Made by a program: the position numbers and the translations under genes
Shown here: piece by piece, positions 21,491-32,243 of the stretch
Position numbering within the stretch: position 1 is the first letter of the stretch
Layout of the letters: each line of letters starts with the position of its first letter
NCBI GenBank assembly: GCA_965206595.1
Contig: OZ242214.1
Location: 1,120,001 to 1,184,000, forward strand
DNA: 64,000 nucleotides
Reading direction: 5' to 3'
Source: Candidatus Latescibacterota bacterium
GTDB lineage: Bacteria; Latescibacterota; UBA2968; UBA8231
Notes under the pieces: model-generated
Databases searched by the model: none
The model's input: only the letters and a program-made list of their open reading frames with translations
Told to the model about the DNA's origin: nothing

Positions 21491-24303
21491 GTCCCGTCTC
21501 CCCGGGTTTCCGCGGAATCGAGATGCGGTCGCAGATAGCGGCCCGTCCAGGAAGCGGTCACCGCGGCCACCTGCTCCGGTGTGCCCGCCGCGACGAGTTC
21601 TCCGCCGCCGGCCCCGGCCTCGGGGCCGATGTCGATCACCCAGTCCGCGGCGGCGATCAGCTCGATGCAGTGCTCGACCACCAGCACGGTGTTGTCGCGG
21701 TCGACGAGCCGCTGCAGCAGCTCGACCAGGAAACCGATGTCGTCGAGGTGCAGGCCGCTTGTCGGTTCGTCGAGGATGTAGAGGGTCCGCTGCCGCTGCG
21801 GCCGGCTCAGCTCCGCGGCCAGCTTGACCCGTTGCGCCTCGCCCCCCGACAGGTCGGAGGCCGACTGCCGCAGAGGCAGGTACCCGAGACCGAGCTCGGC
21901 GAGGAGGCGCAGGCGGCGGGCGAGGCCGGGGATGGCCTCGAACAGGGACAGGGACTCGTCCACGGTCAGGCCGAGGACGTCGGCTATGGAAAGGCCGCGG
22001 TAGCGGACCTGGAGCACTTCGGAATTGTAGCGGCGGCCGCCGCAGCCCGGGCAGGGGTTCCGCAGGCCGCTGAGCAGCAAGCCGGCGCCCGCGGCCAGTC
22101 CGCTTCCCCGGCAGGAGGCGCAGGCCCCCTCGCCGGCGTTGAAGCTGAAGTGGGAGGGGCGGTACCCGCGTACCCGCGCCTCGCGCAGCCCCGCGAACAG
22201 GCCCCTCAGCTCGGTGAGAATGCCGGTGCAGGTCGCCGCGTTCGAGCGCGAGCCGCGCCCCGGGGGCCGCTGGTCCACGGCGATCACCCGCTCGAGGTGC
22301 TCGGTCCCCGAAATGCCGCCGTGGGGGAGGGGCCGCCGCCGGGCATTCTGCAGCTTGCCGGCCAGCGCCGGGTAGAGGGTGTGCTGGACCAGACTGCTTT
22401 TTCCGGAGCCCGACACCCCGGTGACGCAGACGAACAGTCCCAGGGGTATGTCGACGGCGATCTCCTTGAGGTTGTTGCCGGCCGCGGCCTGGATTCGCAG
22501 AACGGAAGCAGCGGCTGCGTCCCGCCGGGGCGGCGCCGAAGGCCAGCGGAACCCGGGGGCGAGGTAGCGGCCGGTAGGGGACCCGGCCGCGGCCAGCTCG
22601 TCAGGCGTTCCGGCGGCAACCACCTCCCCCCCCTGCGAGCCGGCCCCCGGGCCGAGATCGACGGCGTAGTCCGCCTGCCGGATCAGCGCCGGGTCGTGCT
22701 CGACGAAAACCGCGGTGTTTCCCGCGTCGGTCAGCCCGCGCAGGGCCCGCCCCAGGCGCCCGGCGTCGCGGGCGTGGAGGCCGGCGCTCGGCTCGTCGAG
22801 GAGGTAGAGCACCTGGGTAAGTCCCGAGCCGAGACCCCCTGCCAGACGCAGGCGCTGGAACTCGCCGCTCGACAGGGTGTCGGCAGGCCGGTCGAGGGTG
22901 AGGTAACCTAGTCCGAGATCGCCGAGAATCGCTGTCCTGCCGGCAATCTGTTCGAGCAGGGGGGCGGCGACGATGGCGGCGACGCCCTCGAAGGAGGCCG
23001 AACGCGCAAACTCCCCGGCCTCGTCCATGGTCAGCGCCAGGAACGTGGCGATGTCGAGGCCGTCCACCTCGACGGCGAGCGCCTCGGGGTTCAGCCGCCT
23101 GCCGGAGCAGGACCCGCAGACGGTGTCCGCGGTCCGTTCCTCGATCCAGGCCAGCTCCTCTCCCTGCGCTTTCGCCGCCTGACTGTCGAGCCAGGCCCTG
23201 ATTCCCCTGAAGCGGCCGCGGCCGCGCTCTCCGCTCCAGAACCGCTCGAAGGTTTTCGCCGGCCAGGTACCCGCCGGCTGCTCGGGATCGACCTCGCGGC
23301 GCTCGCAGAACCGTATCACCTCGAGGCGCAGACCGTCGTGTCCGAAGTCGTCCCACAAGGGGGAGAGGGTCTCGCTGACCGATTCGGACCCCAGCAGCAG
23401 GTCGGGACCGCCGCCGCCGCGGGCCCCGAGGCCGCGGCATTCCCCGCAGGCTCCTTGGGAGCTGTTGAAGGAGAAGAGGGACGGAGTCATCGCCTTGAAG
23501 GGGCGCCCGCACGCGGAACAGGAGGGGCGGACCGAGAAGCGATCCGGTTCCTTTCCCGGCTCCCACAGGGCTACGCGTCCTTCGCCGGAATCGACCGCGG
23601 CCTCGAGCGAGCCCTGCAGGCGTCCCATGGACTCCGGCTTGACGACCAGCCGGTCGACGACGATGTCGACCGCTTCCCCGGAGGCGATGGCCGCGGCGAG
23701 CTCCTGCGGGTCGATCTCCTCGAGAACGGGGGTCTCCCCGCGCAGCCGCAGCCGCGTGTACCCGGTTTTTTCCACTGCCTGCAGCAGGTCGTCGTCCCCA
23801 TGCCGAAGCCGGAACGGAAGCGGCGCCAGGACGACGAGGCGCGTGCCTTCAGGCAGGGCTGAGGCGGTTTCGAGCAGCTCCTCGAAGCGTTGCGAGTGCA
23901 CCGCGGCGCCGCACCCCATGCAGTGGGGGTTGCCGACCTTGGCGAAGAGCGCGCGGATGTAGTCGTAGAGGCCGGCCGCGGTGGCGGCTGTCGAGCGGGG
24001 GTTGCTTCCCCCGGAGCGCGCCTGATCCGTGGCCAGTGCAGGGGCCAGGCCGTCGATGCGGGAGACCCGGGGCCGGCGCAACCGGGGGGGTGCAGGGCCT
24101 CCGGGCCTCCCGGTCTCGAGCGCGGCGAGGAAGCGCCGGCGCGCCTCGGCATAGAGGGTGTCGAACACCAGCGAGGATTTTCCCGAGCCCGAGACCCCGC
24201 TGACCGCCACGAGCTTCCGGTGCGGCAGGTCGACGTCGACTTCGCGGAGGTTGTTCTCCGCGGCCCCGCGGATGGCGACAACGCCGTTCATTTCAGGCGA
24301 CAT
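21487..24303 (-). CDS. uvrA: UvrA-family excinuclease ABC ATPase (divergent)
   Basis: Two GVSGSGKS Walker A, FSFNS/FSFNA, CxxC zinc modules, LSSGEFQR and LSGGEAQR signatures, LDEP. Confidence 0.88.
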
Positions 24304-24416
24304 GGTGGGTCATGCAGGTTTCGAAAATGCCTTGGGCCGGGGCTGCCATTACCGATCCTTCCGAACATGAGCCTTTGTTCGCGTAGGCCGGGAACGGACG
24401 GTTGGGCGACGGCTAG

Positions 24417-25667
24417 TCACCTCTCGGAGACCCGCCCTGCCGGCGGCTTCCCGATACGGGCGGCCGCCACCTGAAGCGCCCGCAGCGCGTGAAACAGAAG
24501 CGTCGCCGCCATCCAGGCCGACATTGCCGTGAGCGCGGCTCCGGCGGCGTCCGCGGCCACCCCGGCGGTCATCATGAGCAGGAGGATGTTACGGCGGGCG
24601 GCGAAAGGGTGGAACAGGGCGTCGCCGCGGCCGAAGTCGAAGATCTCCCTGCCGGTAAGCCTGCGGAAGCCGCCGCTGACCGCCTTGTCCAGGGCAAAGC
24701 AGGCGAGCAGGACCCAGGTGGCGACCGCGGGACCTGAGGCGCTCAGCAGTCCCCAGTCGCTCACCCCGCCCCCGAAAGCGGCGAGCCAGAGCCCCAGGGC
24801 GGGGACTGCGGAGATGTGCTCGACGGCACCCATGCGGTCGCTGAGGTTCAGGGTCAGGCGCGCCAGCTTGCCGTCGACGCTGTCGGCGATCACGCCGGCC
24901 CAGGCCAGGGCGATTCCGGCTCCCGGCATTCCCAGCGCGAAGCAGGGTAGCGCCAGCCAGATCGCCGCGATCGACAGGGCGGTGACGCTGTTGGGGGCGA
25001 CCGCGGTGGGCGCCAGGCGGCGGGTGACCCAGCGGACCGGGTGGTAGTATCCGTGGCTGGCGACGATGTCGATGACCCCCTTGAAGGTGAGGCGGTACAT
25101 CAGCCGCTCGACCTCGGGCAGCTGCTCCTGGCGCTCGAGCCGAACCATGACCGGGGGCATGGTGAGCCTGAGCTCCGGGACGTAGGAGTCGAGCTCCGCG
25201 GCGCCGGTAGTCCGCGTCCGCTCCAGGACGGCCTTCCACAAGGCAGACTCCGAGACCCCGTTCTCCTCGGGCGGCAGCTGCGCCAGCTCGGCGACGAGCC
25301 CGGAATCCGCCCAGCCGGCACGCAGGCCGCCTCCCGTCACCGAATTCCCCGGACCGGCCGCGAACAGGTGGTCGAGGACGCGGTCGTCGTACACGCCGTC
25401 CCCTTCGAGCAGGAACAAAGGGGATCCGATCCCGGCCACGGCGTCGTCGAAGCCGGCTCCGCAACCCGCCTGGTGAAACTCGACCTCGAGATCGTAGCGG
25501 CTCGCGAAGTCGGCGCGGATCCGCGGGGTGCCGTTCTCCGCAACGGCGACGCTGGCGCAGGCCACCCCTCTGAGGGCGAGCTGGCGAAGCTGTCTCTCGA
25601 CGAGCGACATCCCCCACAGCTGCCAGCAGGAGGCGGGCCGGGTAGCGTCGATCCAGGCCGTGATCAT
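24417..25667 (-). CDS. CDP-alcohol phosphotransferase family protein with degenerate N-terminal nucleotidyltransferase-like domain
   Basis: LWGMSLVERQLRQL N-domain; APNSVT and DSVDGKLAR motif followed by TM helices. Confidence 0.8.
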   Translation of the reverse strand: MITAWIDATRPASCWQLWGMSLVERQLRQLALRGVACASVAVAENGTPRIRADFASRYDLEVEFHQAGCGAGFDDAVAGIGSPLFLLEGDGVYDDRVLDHLFAAGPGNSVTGGGLRAGWADSGLVAELAQLPPEENGVSESALWKAVLERTRTTGAAELDSYVPELRLTMPPVMVRLERQEQLPEVERLMYRLTFKGVIDIVASHGYYHPVRWVTRRLAPTAVAPNSVTALSIAAIWLALPCFALGMPGAGIALAWAGVIADSVDGKLARLTLNLSDRMGAVEHISAVPALGLWLAAFGGGVSDWGLLSASGPAVATWVLLACFALDKAVSGGFRRLTGREIFDFGRGDALFHPFAARRNILLLMMTAGVAADAAGAALTAMSAWMAATLLFHALRALQVAAARIGKPPAGRVSER

Positions 25668-25686
25668 CGGGGGCAGGCTGCTTGGA

Positions 25687-26406
25687 TCACAATCTTGGCA
25701 GCACCGAGACGACCGCGGCGTTGTAGTCGTCGACCGAGTCGATCTCCGCCCAGGGCAGGTCTCCTCCCTCCACCGCGAACAGCTCGCCGCGCTCGATCAG
25801 GGGGCCGTACGCCGAGGTCGGGAAGACGTCCTTGCGCCGCCCGGCGACCAGGCGTTCGACCTCGGCGGCCACGGAGCGCGCCCCGGCGGAGTCGAATCTC
25901 GCCAGCTGCACGCTCTGCGCCTGACAGCTCGACGGGTCGAGGCTCTTGCCGATGGCCGCGACCGCGCCCCCCTCCTCAATGCGCACGTTCATCTCCCCGG
26001 CGACGCGTTGCACCCGCGAATCGACGGCGATGGCGTTCGGCCTGTCGCCGCCGAGCATCCGTTCGAGCAGGGCGGAATGAAAGACGATGTCGCAGTTGAA
26101 CAGGAAGGTCTCGCGATCCAGAAAGGCGCGGGCGAGGTAGAGGGAGTAGATGCTGTTGGTCGACTCGTAGTCGGGGTTCTCGACGAAGCGGACCGAAGGC
26201 AGAACCCGGCAATGGCGGCGGACCTGTTCCGCCTCGAAGCCGACGACGAGGACGATCTCCTCGACCCCGGCCGCCCGCAGCGCCGCCAGCTGCAGATCGA
26301 CGAGGCGCCGCTCCCCGAACGGCACCAGGCACTTGGGCAGTCCGTTGGTCATCGGGTTGAGCCGGGTGCCGGCCCCGGCCGCCAGGACGATGGCCCGCCG
26401 GGTCAC
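25687..26406 (-). CDS. Phosphocholine/sugar-phosphate cytidylyltransferase family (LicC/IPCT-like)
   Basis: AIVLAAGAGTRLNPMTNGLPKCL, NPDYESTNSIYSL, NCDIVF, WAEIDSVDD; GTGA overlap with the flippase. Confidence 0.88.
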   Translation of the reverse strand: MTRRAIVLAAGAGTRLNPMTNGLPKCLVPFGERRLVDLQLAALRAAGVEEIVLVVGFEAEQVRRHCRVLPSVRFVENPDYESTNSIYSLYLARAFLDRETFLFNCDIVFHSALLERMLGGDRPNAIAVDSRVQRVAGEMNVRIEEGGAVAAIGKSLDPSSCQAQSVQLARFDSAGARSVAAEVERLVAGRRKDVFPTSAYGPLIERGELFAVEGGDLPWAEIDSVDDYNAAVVSVLPRL

Positions 26407-28064
26407 GGGGAACTCCGGCTGCCCGCCAGCTTCGAGCCGAGGCCGCGGACTGCGCGCTGCAGGAGCAGCCGGTCCTCCGGCTCGATGCCGAGCCTCCACA
26501 GAAGCAGCCCGTAGGCGGCGATGAAGGTAGCGCACGCGAGCGCGACTCCGGGCAGGGACCCGGGGGCCGCGGCCGCGGATGCGAGCCAGGCTGCCCCGGC
26601 CGCCGCCGCCGCCGCCGCGAGCGGCTTCACCTGGCTGCGGTCGAGCGGGCGGATGCGGTGGAGGCGCCAGACCTGCAGCACCCGCAGGGAATTGACGAAG
26701 AACATCGACAGGGTCGCTCCGTAGGCCGCCCCGATCACTCCGAATTCGTTTATGAGCCAGAGATTGAGCGCGAAGTTGACGAGCAGCCAGAGACTGTTGT
26801 TGAAGGTGTTGAGACCGGGGCGGCCGGTCATGGCCAGCAGCGGCTCGATGAGGGCGAAGGTGCCCTGGAGCAGCATCCCCACGGCGAGGACGTAGAGGAT
26901 CTTGAGCCCGACCGCCAGCTGCGACGGCTCGCCCACCCATTTTTCGCCTGCCCAGCCCAGAAGGCTGTCACCAACAATAAACAAGGTGGCGAAGATCGGC
27001 AGGTTGACGGTCAGCAGCCAGCGCGATATGACGACGAAGCGCCGGGCTATCTCCTCCTCCCTGCGCAGGTGGGACAGCTCGCTGATGACGGAGCTGAAAA
27101 CCGGGTCGAAGGCCTGAACCGCCTTGAGCATCGAGCTCGCCACCCGGCGCGCCACCGAGTAGATCCCCACCTCGGTCAGGCTGACGAGCTTGCCGAGCAT
27201 CAGCACGTCCAGCTGCGTCAGGACCGCAACCATCACGTCGGCGAGCATGACCGGGGTCGAGAAGCGGGCCAGTGCGGCGATCGGGGCCGCTCGCAGGCTG
27301 GTCAGGGTGCGCCGCAGCGAGAAATGCCGGCTGAAGTAGCGGGCGGCGAGGAAGCCGCAGGCGGCCGCTGAGCCGAGTTGCACCCAGGCGACGGCGATGG
27401 CGAAACCGGACTGTGCGGCGCGCTGCTGCTCGGGGCTCGTCCACTCCGTGCCCCCGACGCTCAGCGCGATTCCCAGGCTACCGGCCAGCAGCAGCAGGGG
27501 ACCGGCGACCGAGAAGACGTACACGGCGTAGCGCATGATGCGCAGGGCCCGCGTCGCCGAGAGGAATATCCAGGCCGCGGTGACGAAGGGGGCGGACCAG
27601 GCGAGGATGCGCAGCGGTTCCTGCAAGGGCAGCTGGCCGGGCTTGTGGTAGAAGGCGGCGACCTGCCCGGTTGCCAGCAGGAGCCCGGCGACCACCGCGG
27701 CGCTGGCGAGGGCTCCGATCAGCAGCGAAGCGGCGAGGGTGGCATCGACCTCGGCCGGGGGCGGCTGTGTGCCGCGGCGGACCCCCCCGGCGATCAGGAA
27801 GCGCACGACCCCGCGCTGGAGTCCGAAACGCGCCACCCGGTTCACCGTGGCGACGAATCCCCAGGCGACCGAATAGGCCCCGACCACCTCGAGGCCGCAG
27901 AAGAGGGCGACAACGGCGAGAAAGGCCGCCCGCGACAGGCGGCCCGCCTTGCCGACGAAAGTCACCAGGGCGCCGCCGGCGAGGTCCCTGATGTCGCCGA
28001 AGGAAGCGTCGAGTTCGCGGTGCGCCTCCTTCTCAGGTGGCGGTCTGCCGCTCTCTTCAGTCAT
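26403..28064 (-). CDS. Wzx/MOP-family oligosaccharide flippase
   Basis: Many TM helices; LDVLMLG..EVGIYSVA, LNLWLI..FGVIGAAYGA. Confidence 0.85.
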   Translation of the reverse strand: MTEESGRPPPEKEAHRELDASFGDIRDLAGGALVTFVGKAGRLSRAAFLAVVALFCGLEVVGAYSVAWGFVATVNRVARFGLQRGVVRFLIAGGVRRGTQPPPAEVDATLAASLLIGALASAAVVAGLLLATGQVAAFYHKPGQLPLQEPLRILAWSAPFVTAAWIFLSATRALRIMRYAVYVFSVAGPLLLLAGSLGIALSVGGTEWTSPEQQRAAQSGFAIAVAWVQLGSAAACGFLAARYFSRHFSLRRTLTSLRAAPIAALARFSTPVMLADVMVAVLTQLDVLMLGKLVSLTEVGIYSVARRVASSMLKAVQAFDPVFSSVISELSHLRREEEIARRFVVISRWLLTVNLPIFATLFIVGDSLLGWAGEKWVGEPSQLAVGLKILYVLAVGMLLQGTFALIEPLLAMTGRPGLNTFNNSLWLLVNFALNLWLINEFGVIGAAYGATLSMFFVNSLRVLQVWRLHRIRPLDRSQVKPLAAAAAAAGAAWLASAAAAPGSLPGVALACATFIAAYGLLLWRLGIEPEDRLLLQRAVRGLGSKLAGSRSSP

Positions 28065-29754
28065 GCGATCTCCCCCCGGTGATGCGGGGGCGCAGGCGCT
28101 GGAAGTCGATGAACCGGATGCCGCGGCAGCCGTTCAGGGTGTGGGTGCGGACCGCGCCCGGGATGGCGTCCGCCTCGAAGCGCGTCATCGGCTCCTCGGC
28201 GAAGCGCTCCGGGTTGAGCTCGAGGATGCGTTGGAGGCAGATGGCGCTGCCGTAGCGCGGCGTGCAGTCCTGGGCCGGACGCAGCAGTTCCCCCCCGTTT
28301 CTGATCAGCCGTCCCGCGGGACGCGACGAGCGTACGTCCGACTTGACCGGGTTGCGAGGGTGCTCCCGCCAGGGTCCCAGCGGGCTGTCGGCGTAGTAGA
28401 GGTGCAGCTCGTCGTGGTTGGAGATCCCGCGCTTGCCGACGTTGAGGAACATCCACCAGGTGCCGTCGATTTCCTCGAGAGTGGCGTCGGCCGCGGACAG
28501 GCCGTCGAGAAGCACCCTGTCCAGCTCCCAGTGCAGAGGGAACGACAGGCAGCGGTACAGCTCGACGGATCGGTTGCGGCAACTTTCCGGGATCATGTAG
28601 AGCTGGTCCTGCCAGTGAAACAGGAACGGGTGCGAGAGGTGGTGGCTCATCTCGAGGGCGACTCCCGCCTCGCTGACGGTTTCCCCGTCGAGCTCAAGTA
28701 CGGAGATGCGGCCCTTGCCGCGGCGGTACAGCCACTCCTCGACGAAGACAAAGCAGCGCCCGTCGACCTCGACCGGGAAGGGATCGGCCCAGAAGCGGTC
28801 CCCGGGCGGGATCAGCGGTCGCAGCCGGGCGGGGCGCACGTTGGCCGGCTGCGGGTCGCGCTCGTACGCGAGGCACCACTGGCGCCGGTAGAGCGTTGCC
28901 TCGACGGCGCCGCGCAGGGCCCGCCAGGCCAGCCTGAGGGCGAATACCACGGTTCCCGGTTCCCCGGGCGCCGCGCCGCCGTCGCCGTTCGGCAAAGCCT
29001 CTTGGGGTTCCCGGGTCGATCCACCGACCTCGGCGAGGCATTCGGCGCCCCGGGCGTGGATTTCCTTGAGCTTGCGCGCCGGCAGGTGGGCGGCCTTCCA
29101 GCAGTGGCGCTGGCGGTTCCTCCAGACCGACTTGTCGTTGGTGCGCGACCAGGAGCGGTAGATCGGCTGCTCGCTACCGTCCGGCAGCGCCGCCCAGAGG
29201 GTCGTCGCGGTCGCGGCCTTCCCGGAGACCACCTCGGCCGCCCCGGCGCAGCGGCCGCCGGCGAACCACCAGAGGCCGTAGCGGGGCGGCGCCAGCGGCC
29301 CGCGGAGTTCGGCCAGCTCCCCCAGCAACAGGAGGACATCGAGACCGGCGCAGGAAGGCAGCGGCCCTTCCGGATCGAAGCGCAGCATCCTGCCATGGGC
29401 GGCCGCGGAGAGGTCCGCCGCGGCAAAGGCATTGGGGCGGATGCGCGCGCAAACGCGGTCGAGTGCGGTATACAGGCGCCACAGGAGACCGGCCCGCGGT
29501 CGGAGCCCGGGGTCCGACCGCTCCGCCACACCGACCAGGGCGACCTCGGCGATCCGGGTGGCGGCGATTTCGCGGACCAGGTGCTCGACCCAGGCAAGGT
29601 GGCCGTCCGCCGGCAGCAGGACCCCGACCTTGAGTCTGCTGTCCGCACTCACGGGCAATCCGACCTCCCCGAACTGCTCCGGGTTGTCTCCAGGGCCTCC
29701 GTCATTCCGGTACCGCCATGGGGCGAAAGGGGCTTCGAAGTGCCCGGACACCAT
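28057..29754 (-). CDS. Protein with GINT1-N-like beta-propeller (glucosamine-inositolphosphorylceramide transferase family); start uncertain
   Basis: FWADPF, HLSHPF, YMIPES, HPRNPV, RPAG, RPAQDC..YG; N-terminal part looks like a degenerate formyltransferase-like region. Confidence 0.65.
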   Translation of the reverse strand: MVSGHFEAPFAPWRYRNDGGPGDNPEQFGEVGLPVSADSRLKVGVLLPADGHLAWVEHLVREIAATRIAEVALVGVAERSDPGLRPRAGLLWRLYTALDRVCARIRPNAFAAADLSAAAHGRMLRFDPEGPLPSCAGLDVLLLLGELAELRGPLAPPRYGLWWFAGGRCAGAAEVVSGKAATATTLWAALPDGSEQPIYRSWSRTNDKSVWRNRQRHCWKAAHLPARKLKEIHARGAECLAEVGGSTREPQEALPNGDGGAAPGEPGTVVFALRLAWRALRGAVEATLYRRQWCLAYERDPQPANVRPARLRPLIPPGDRFWADPFPVEVDGRCFVFVEEWLYRRGKGRISVLELDGETVSEAGVALEMSHHLSHPFLFHWQDQLYMIPESCRNRSVELYRCLSFPLHWELDRVLLDGLSAADATLEEIDGTWWMFLNVGKRGISNHDELHLYYADSPLGPWREHPRNPVKSDVRSSRPAGRLIRNGGELLRPAQDCTPRYGSAICLQRILELNPERFAEEPMTRFEADAIPGAVRTHTLNGCRGIRFIDFQRLRPRITGGRSHD

Positions 29755-29811
29755 TTTGAGAAACAGCTGTCGCGGTGGCCTCCCGCGGGTGGGATGCTCC
29801 GGGATTGCAAG

Positions 29812-30675
29812 TCATCCGGCCTCGTACCCGTTTCTCGCCAGGGCCGCTCCGGCGACCCGGTGGATGGCGGCGATATCCTCCGCCGACAGCCTGCCGATGC
29901 TGTCCCCGTTCATGTTTCGTATCTCCGCTTCGACCCCGTGGATGCGCCACCGCGACCGCAGCGCCTCTGTCGCCAGCGGCTCCAGTCCCAGGAAGCCGGT
30001 CACCTTTCCGGCGGTGGCCTCCGGCGCCGTTGTCAGCTCCTCGTAGCTGATCCGGAGAAACCGCTGCGTATGGGCGCGGTCGGCATCGACGAGGTCGTCG
30101 GAGGCGCGCCACTGCTCGGCGCACAGCTCGATCGGGTAGCCCTCGCGATAGTCGGTGTTTCCCCACCTGGCGGGACGCGCCTTGCGCCGGATCCCCTCGG
30201 CAACCGCGTACCCGTTGCGGATGATGTAGACGAAAAAGGCCGGCTGGAAGAACTGGTTCAAAAAGGGGATCCTGGCAGTGTTGGCGACCGACTTCTCCAG
30301 CAGGTTGGCGGCACTCCGTGGGTAGAGCAGCGACCACTGGCGTTTGACCCGCCGCGCCCTCTGCGCCCCTCCGGCCTCCCCGGCGAGTCGGACCTGGTCG
30401 AGGCACTGGCACCACATCCGGTTCCAACCGAACTCCTCGGGTCGGGGCAGCCCGTCCGTGAGCCGCACCCCCTCGCTCGGCAGAGCGGCAATCCCGGGGT
30501 GGCGGGCGAGAATGCGGCTCAGCAGGGTGGTGCCGGAGTTGTAACAGCCGATGACGAAGATCCACCGCCGCGGCTCGAGGTCGCGGCCGAACACCGCCGC
30601 GGCACTGCGTATCGGGGCTCTCTTGAGCAGGGCGGCTTTCAGACGGAGTCCGGCGCCGGCGTCGGGATCGGCCAA
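29812..30675 (-). CDS. Sulfotransferase family protein (start uncertain)
   Basis: IFVIGCYNSGTTLL 5'-PSB loop, LLEKS, IIRNGYAVAEG, RISYEEL..PE. Confidence 0.85.
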   Translation of the reverse strand: MADPDAGAGLRLKAALLKRAPIRSAAAVFGRDLEPRRWIFVIGCYNSGTTLLSRILARHPGIAALPSEGVRLTDGLPRPEEFGWNRMWCQCLDQVRLAGEAGGAQRARRVKRQWSLLYPRSAANLLEKSVANTARIPFLNQFFQPAFFVYIIRNGYAVAEGIRRKARPARWGNTDYREGYPIELCAEQWRASDDLVDADRAHTQRFLRISYEELTTAPEATAGKVTGFLGLEPLATEALRSRWRIHGVEAEIRNMNGDSIGRLSAEDIAAIHRVAGAALARNGYEAG

Positions 30676-30676
30676 T

Positions 30677-31906
30677 TCAGAGGCTGCCGGCAACTGCCCG
30701 CCGGTCCCCGGCGAGCACGGACTCGAGGACGGGATGACAGCGGTCGGCGAGGGCGTCGACGCTGAACAGGGAGCGCACCCGGGCCTTGGCGCGGTCCCCC
30801 ATGCGGCGGCGCGCGCCGCAGTCGGCGAGCAACTGCATGACTTTTCCGGCGACCTGCGGCGGATCCGCGGCATCGGCGAGCAGTCCGGTGTCGCCGTCGA
30901 GGATCGCTTCCGGCACTCCCCCGGAGCGGGGTCCGACGCTGGCGAGGCCGAAGGCCCCGGCCTCGAGCAGGACGTTGCCCAGCCCTTCCCCGCTGCTGGT
31001 CAGCAGGAACAGGTCGTTCTCCCGGTAGTACTTCCAAAGGCGGGGGGACCTGGCCGGGACGGCACCGGCGAAGCGGACCCGCACTCCTCGACTCCGCGCC
31101 TCCTCCTCCAGGCGGGGGCGTTCCGGGCCGTCGCCGACGATGGTGTAGCCGGCGTGGGGAAAGGTGCGCTGCACGATCTCCATGGCGGCGATCGCCACGT
31201 CCACCCTCTTCTGTGCGGTGAGCCGGGAGACGGTGAGAACGGAGGCTTCCCGGGCTGCCTCTTCAGGCCGGTCAGGAGAGGAAGGGGAGAGGGCAGGATC
31301 CGCCTCGGCGATCCGTTCGAGCTCCGGCGGGATGGCGGAGAACGAGACGAAGATGCGGTCGCCGGAAACCCCCTTGGAGATGGCGATCTGCCGCAAGTAC
31401 TCGCTCGCCGCGGCAATGGCGGCCGAGCGCCTGTAACAGCGGCGCTGCGGTATGCTCTCCAGTCTGCGCAGCGTGTCCCTGCCTGGCAGCCGGGTGCGGA
31501 TGTCGGTGCCGCGAATCGAGGAGATTACAGGGAGGCCGTGGGCTATTCCCGGCAGTCCGGCGACCCGCGTCGCCATGCCGTTGGTCGTCCACAGGCAGTG
31601 GGGCCGTGTCGACGCCAGGGCGCTCCTCAGGCCCCGCCAGGCGGCGATGTAGGCCCTGGGAACATCCTGGGCGCGACGCATGCGGATCACCGGAAAGGGC
31701 TGGGCGCGGTCGAATGCGTCGCTTCCGGCTGTGGTACACTCCCGAGTGAGCATGGTTACCTGAACCCCGCGCCGCTGCATTCCGGTGGCGAGAGCGCAGG
31801 CGTACGCAGCGGTTCCGACCGACTCGGGGGGGAAGTCGGTTCCGAAGATCAGCAGTCTGTCACTTTCTCGGTTCAAGGGGGGCTCCCGGAAGCGCGTCGA
31901 ACCCAA
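30677..31906 (-). CDS. GT4 glycosyltransferase
   Basis: DFPP, LTVSRL..QKRVD, IVGDGPER, EGLGNVLLEA (Ex7E), GGVPEAI..G.TGLL. Confidence 0.9.
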   Translation of the reverse strand: MGSTRFREPPLNRESDRLLIFGTDFPPESVGTAAYACALATGMQRRGVQVTMLTRECTTAGSDAFDRAQPFPVIRMRRAQDVPRAYIAAWRGLRSALASTRPHCLWTTNGMATRVAGLPGIAHGLPVISSIRGTDIRTRLPGRDTLRRLESIPQRRCYRRSAAIAAASEYLRQIAISKGVSGDRIFVSFSAIPPELERIAEADPALSPSSPDRPEEAAREASVLTVSRLTAQKRVDVAIAAMEIVQRTFPHAGYTIVGDGPERPRLEEEARSRGVRVRFAGAVPARSPRLWKYYRENDLFLLTSSGEGLGNVLLEAGAFGLASVGPRSGGVPEAILDGDTGLLADAADPPQVAGKVMQLLADCGARRRMGDRAKARVRSLFSVDALADRCHPVLESVLAGDRRAVAGSL

Positions 31907-32243
31907 AATATACGGACAGGCGGCGAGCTTCCCTGGACCGCTGGCCGAACGCGATGACAGACCGCGTCCCGGGGAGGCGCCCGACTGTTACGCGGCCTCC
32001 GGAAAGCGGTCTGCGACTTCGGCTATCTCATTGACCCGCCGTCATTTTATTGGCTTATTCAAATGAGTTCAGGGCTGCTTCGAAAGGGAGGCAGCCCTTT
32101 CATTCGACAGCCCGCGACAGCGCACGTCGGCGCTTCGTTCATCCGGGTTACGGCGGTCTTTCGGCCATTCCTTCGAGCGACTCACCACGGGCCGTCCGAC
32201 CTCCGGTTCGAACCTCCAGCTTCGCCCCGCCGATAACAGTAGT

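Noticed and set aside
27949-30765. 938-aa plus-strand ORF
   Set aside because: Antisense to the GINT1-like and sulfotransferase genes; composition typical of a shadow frame
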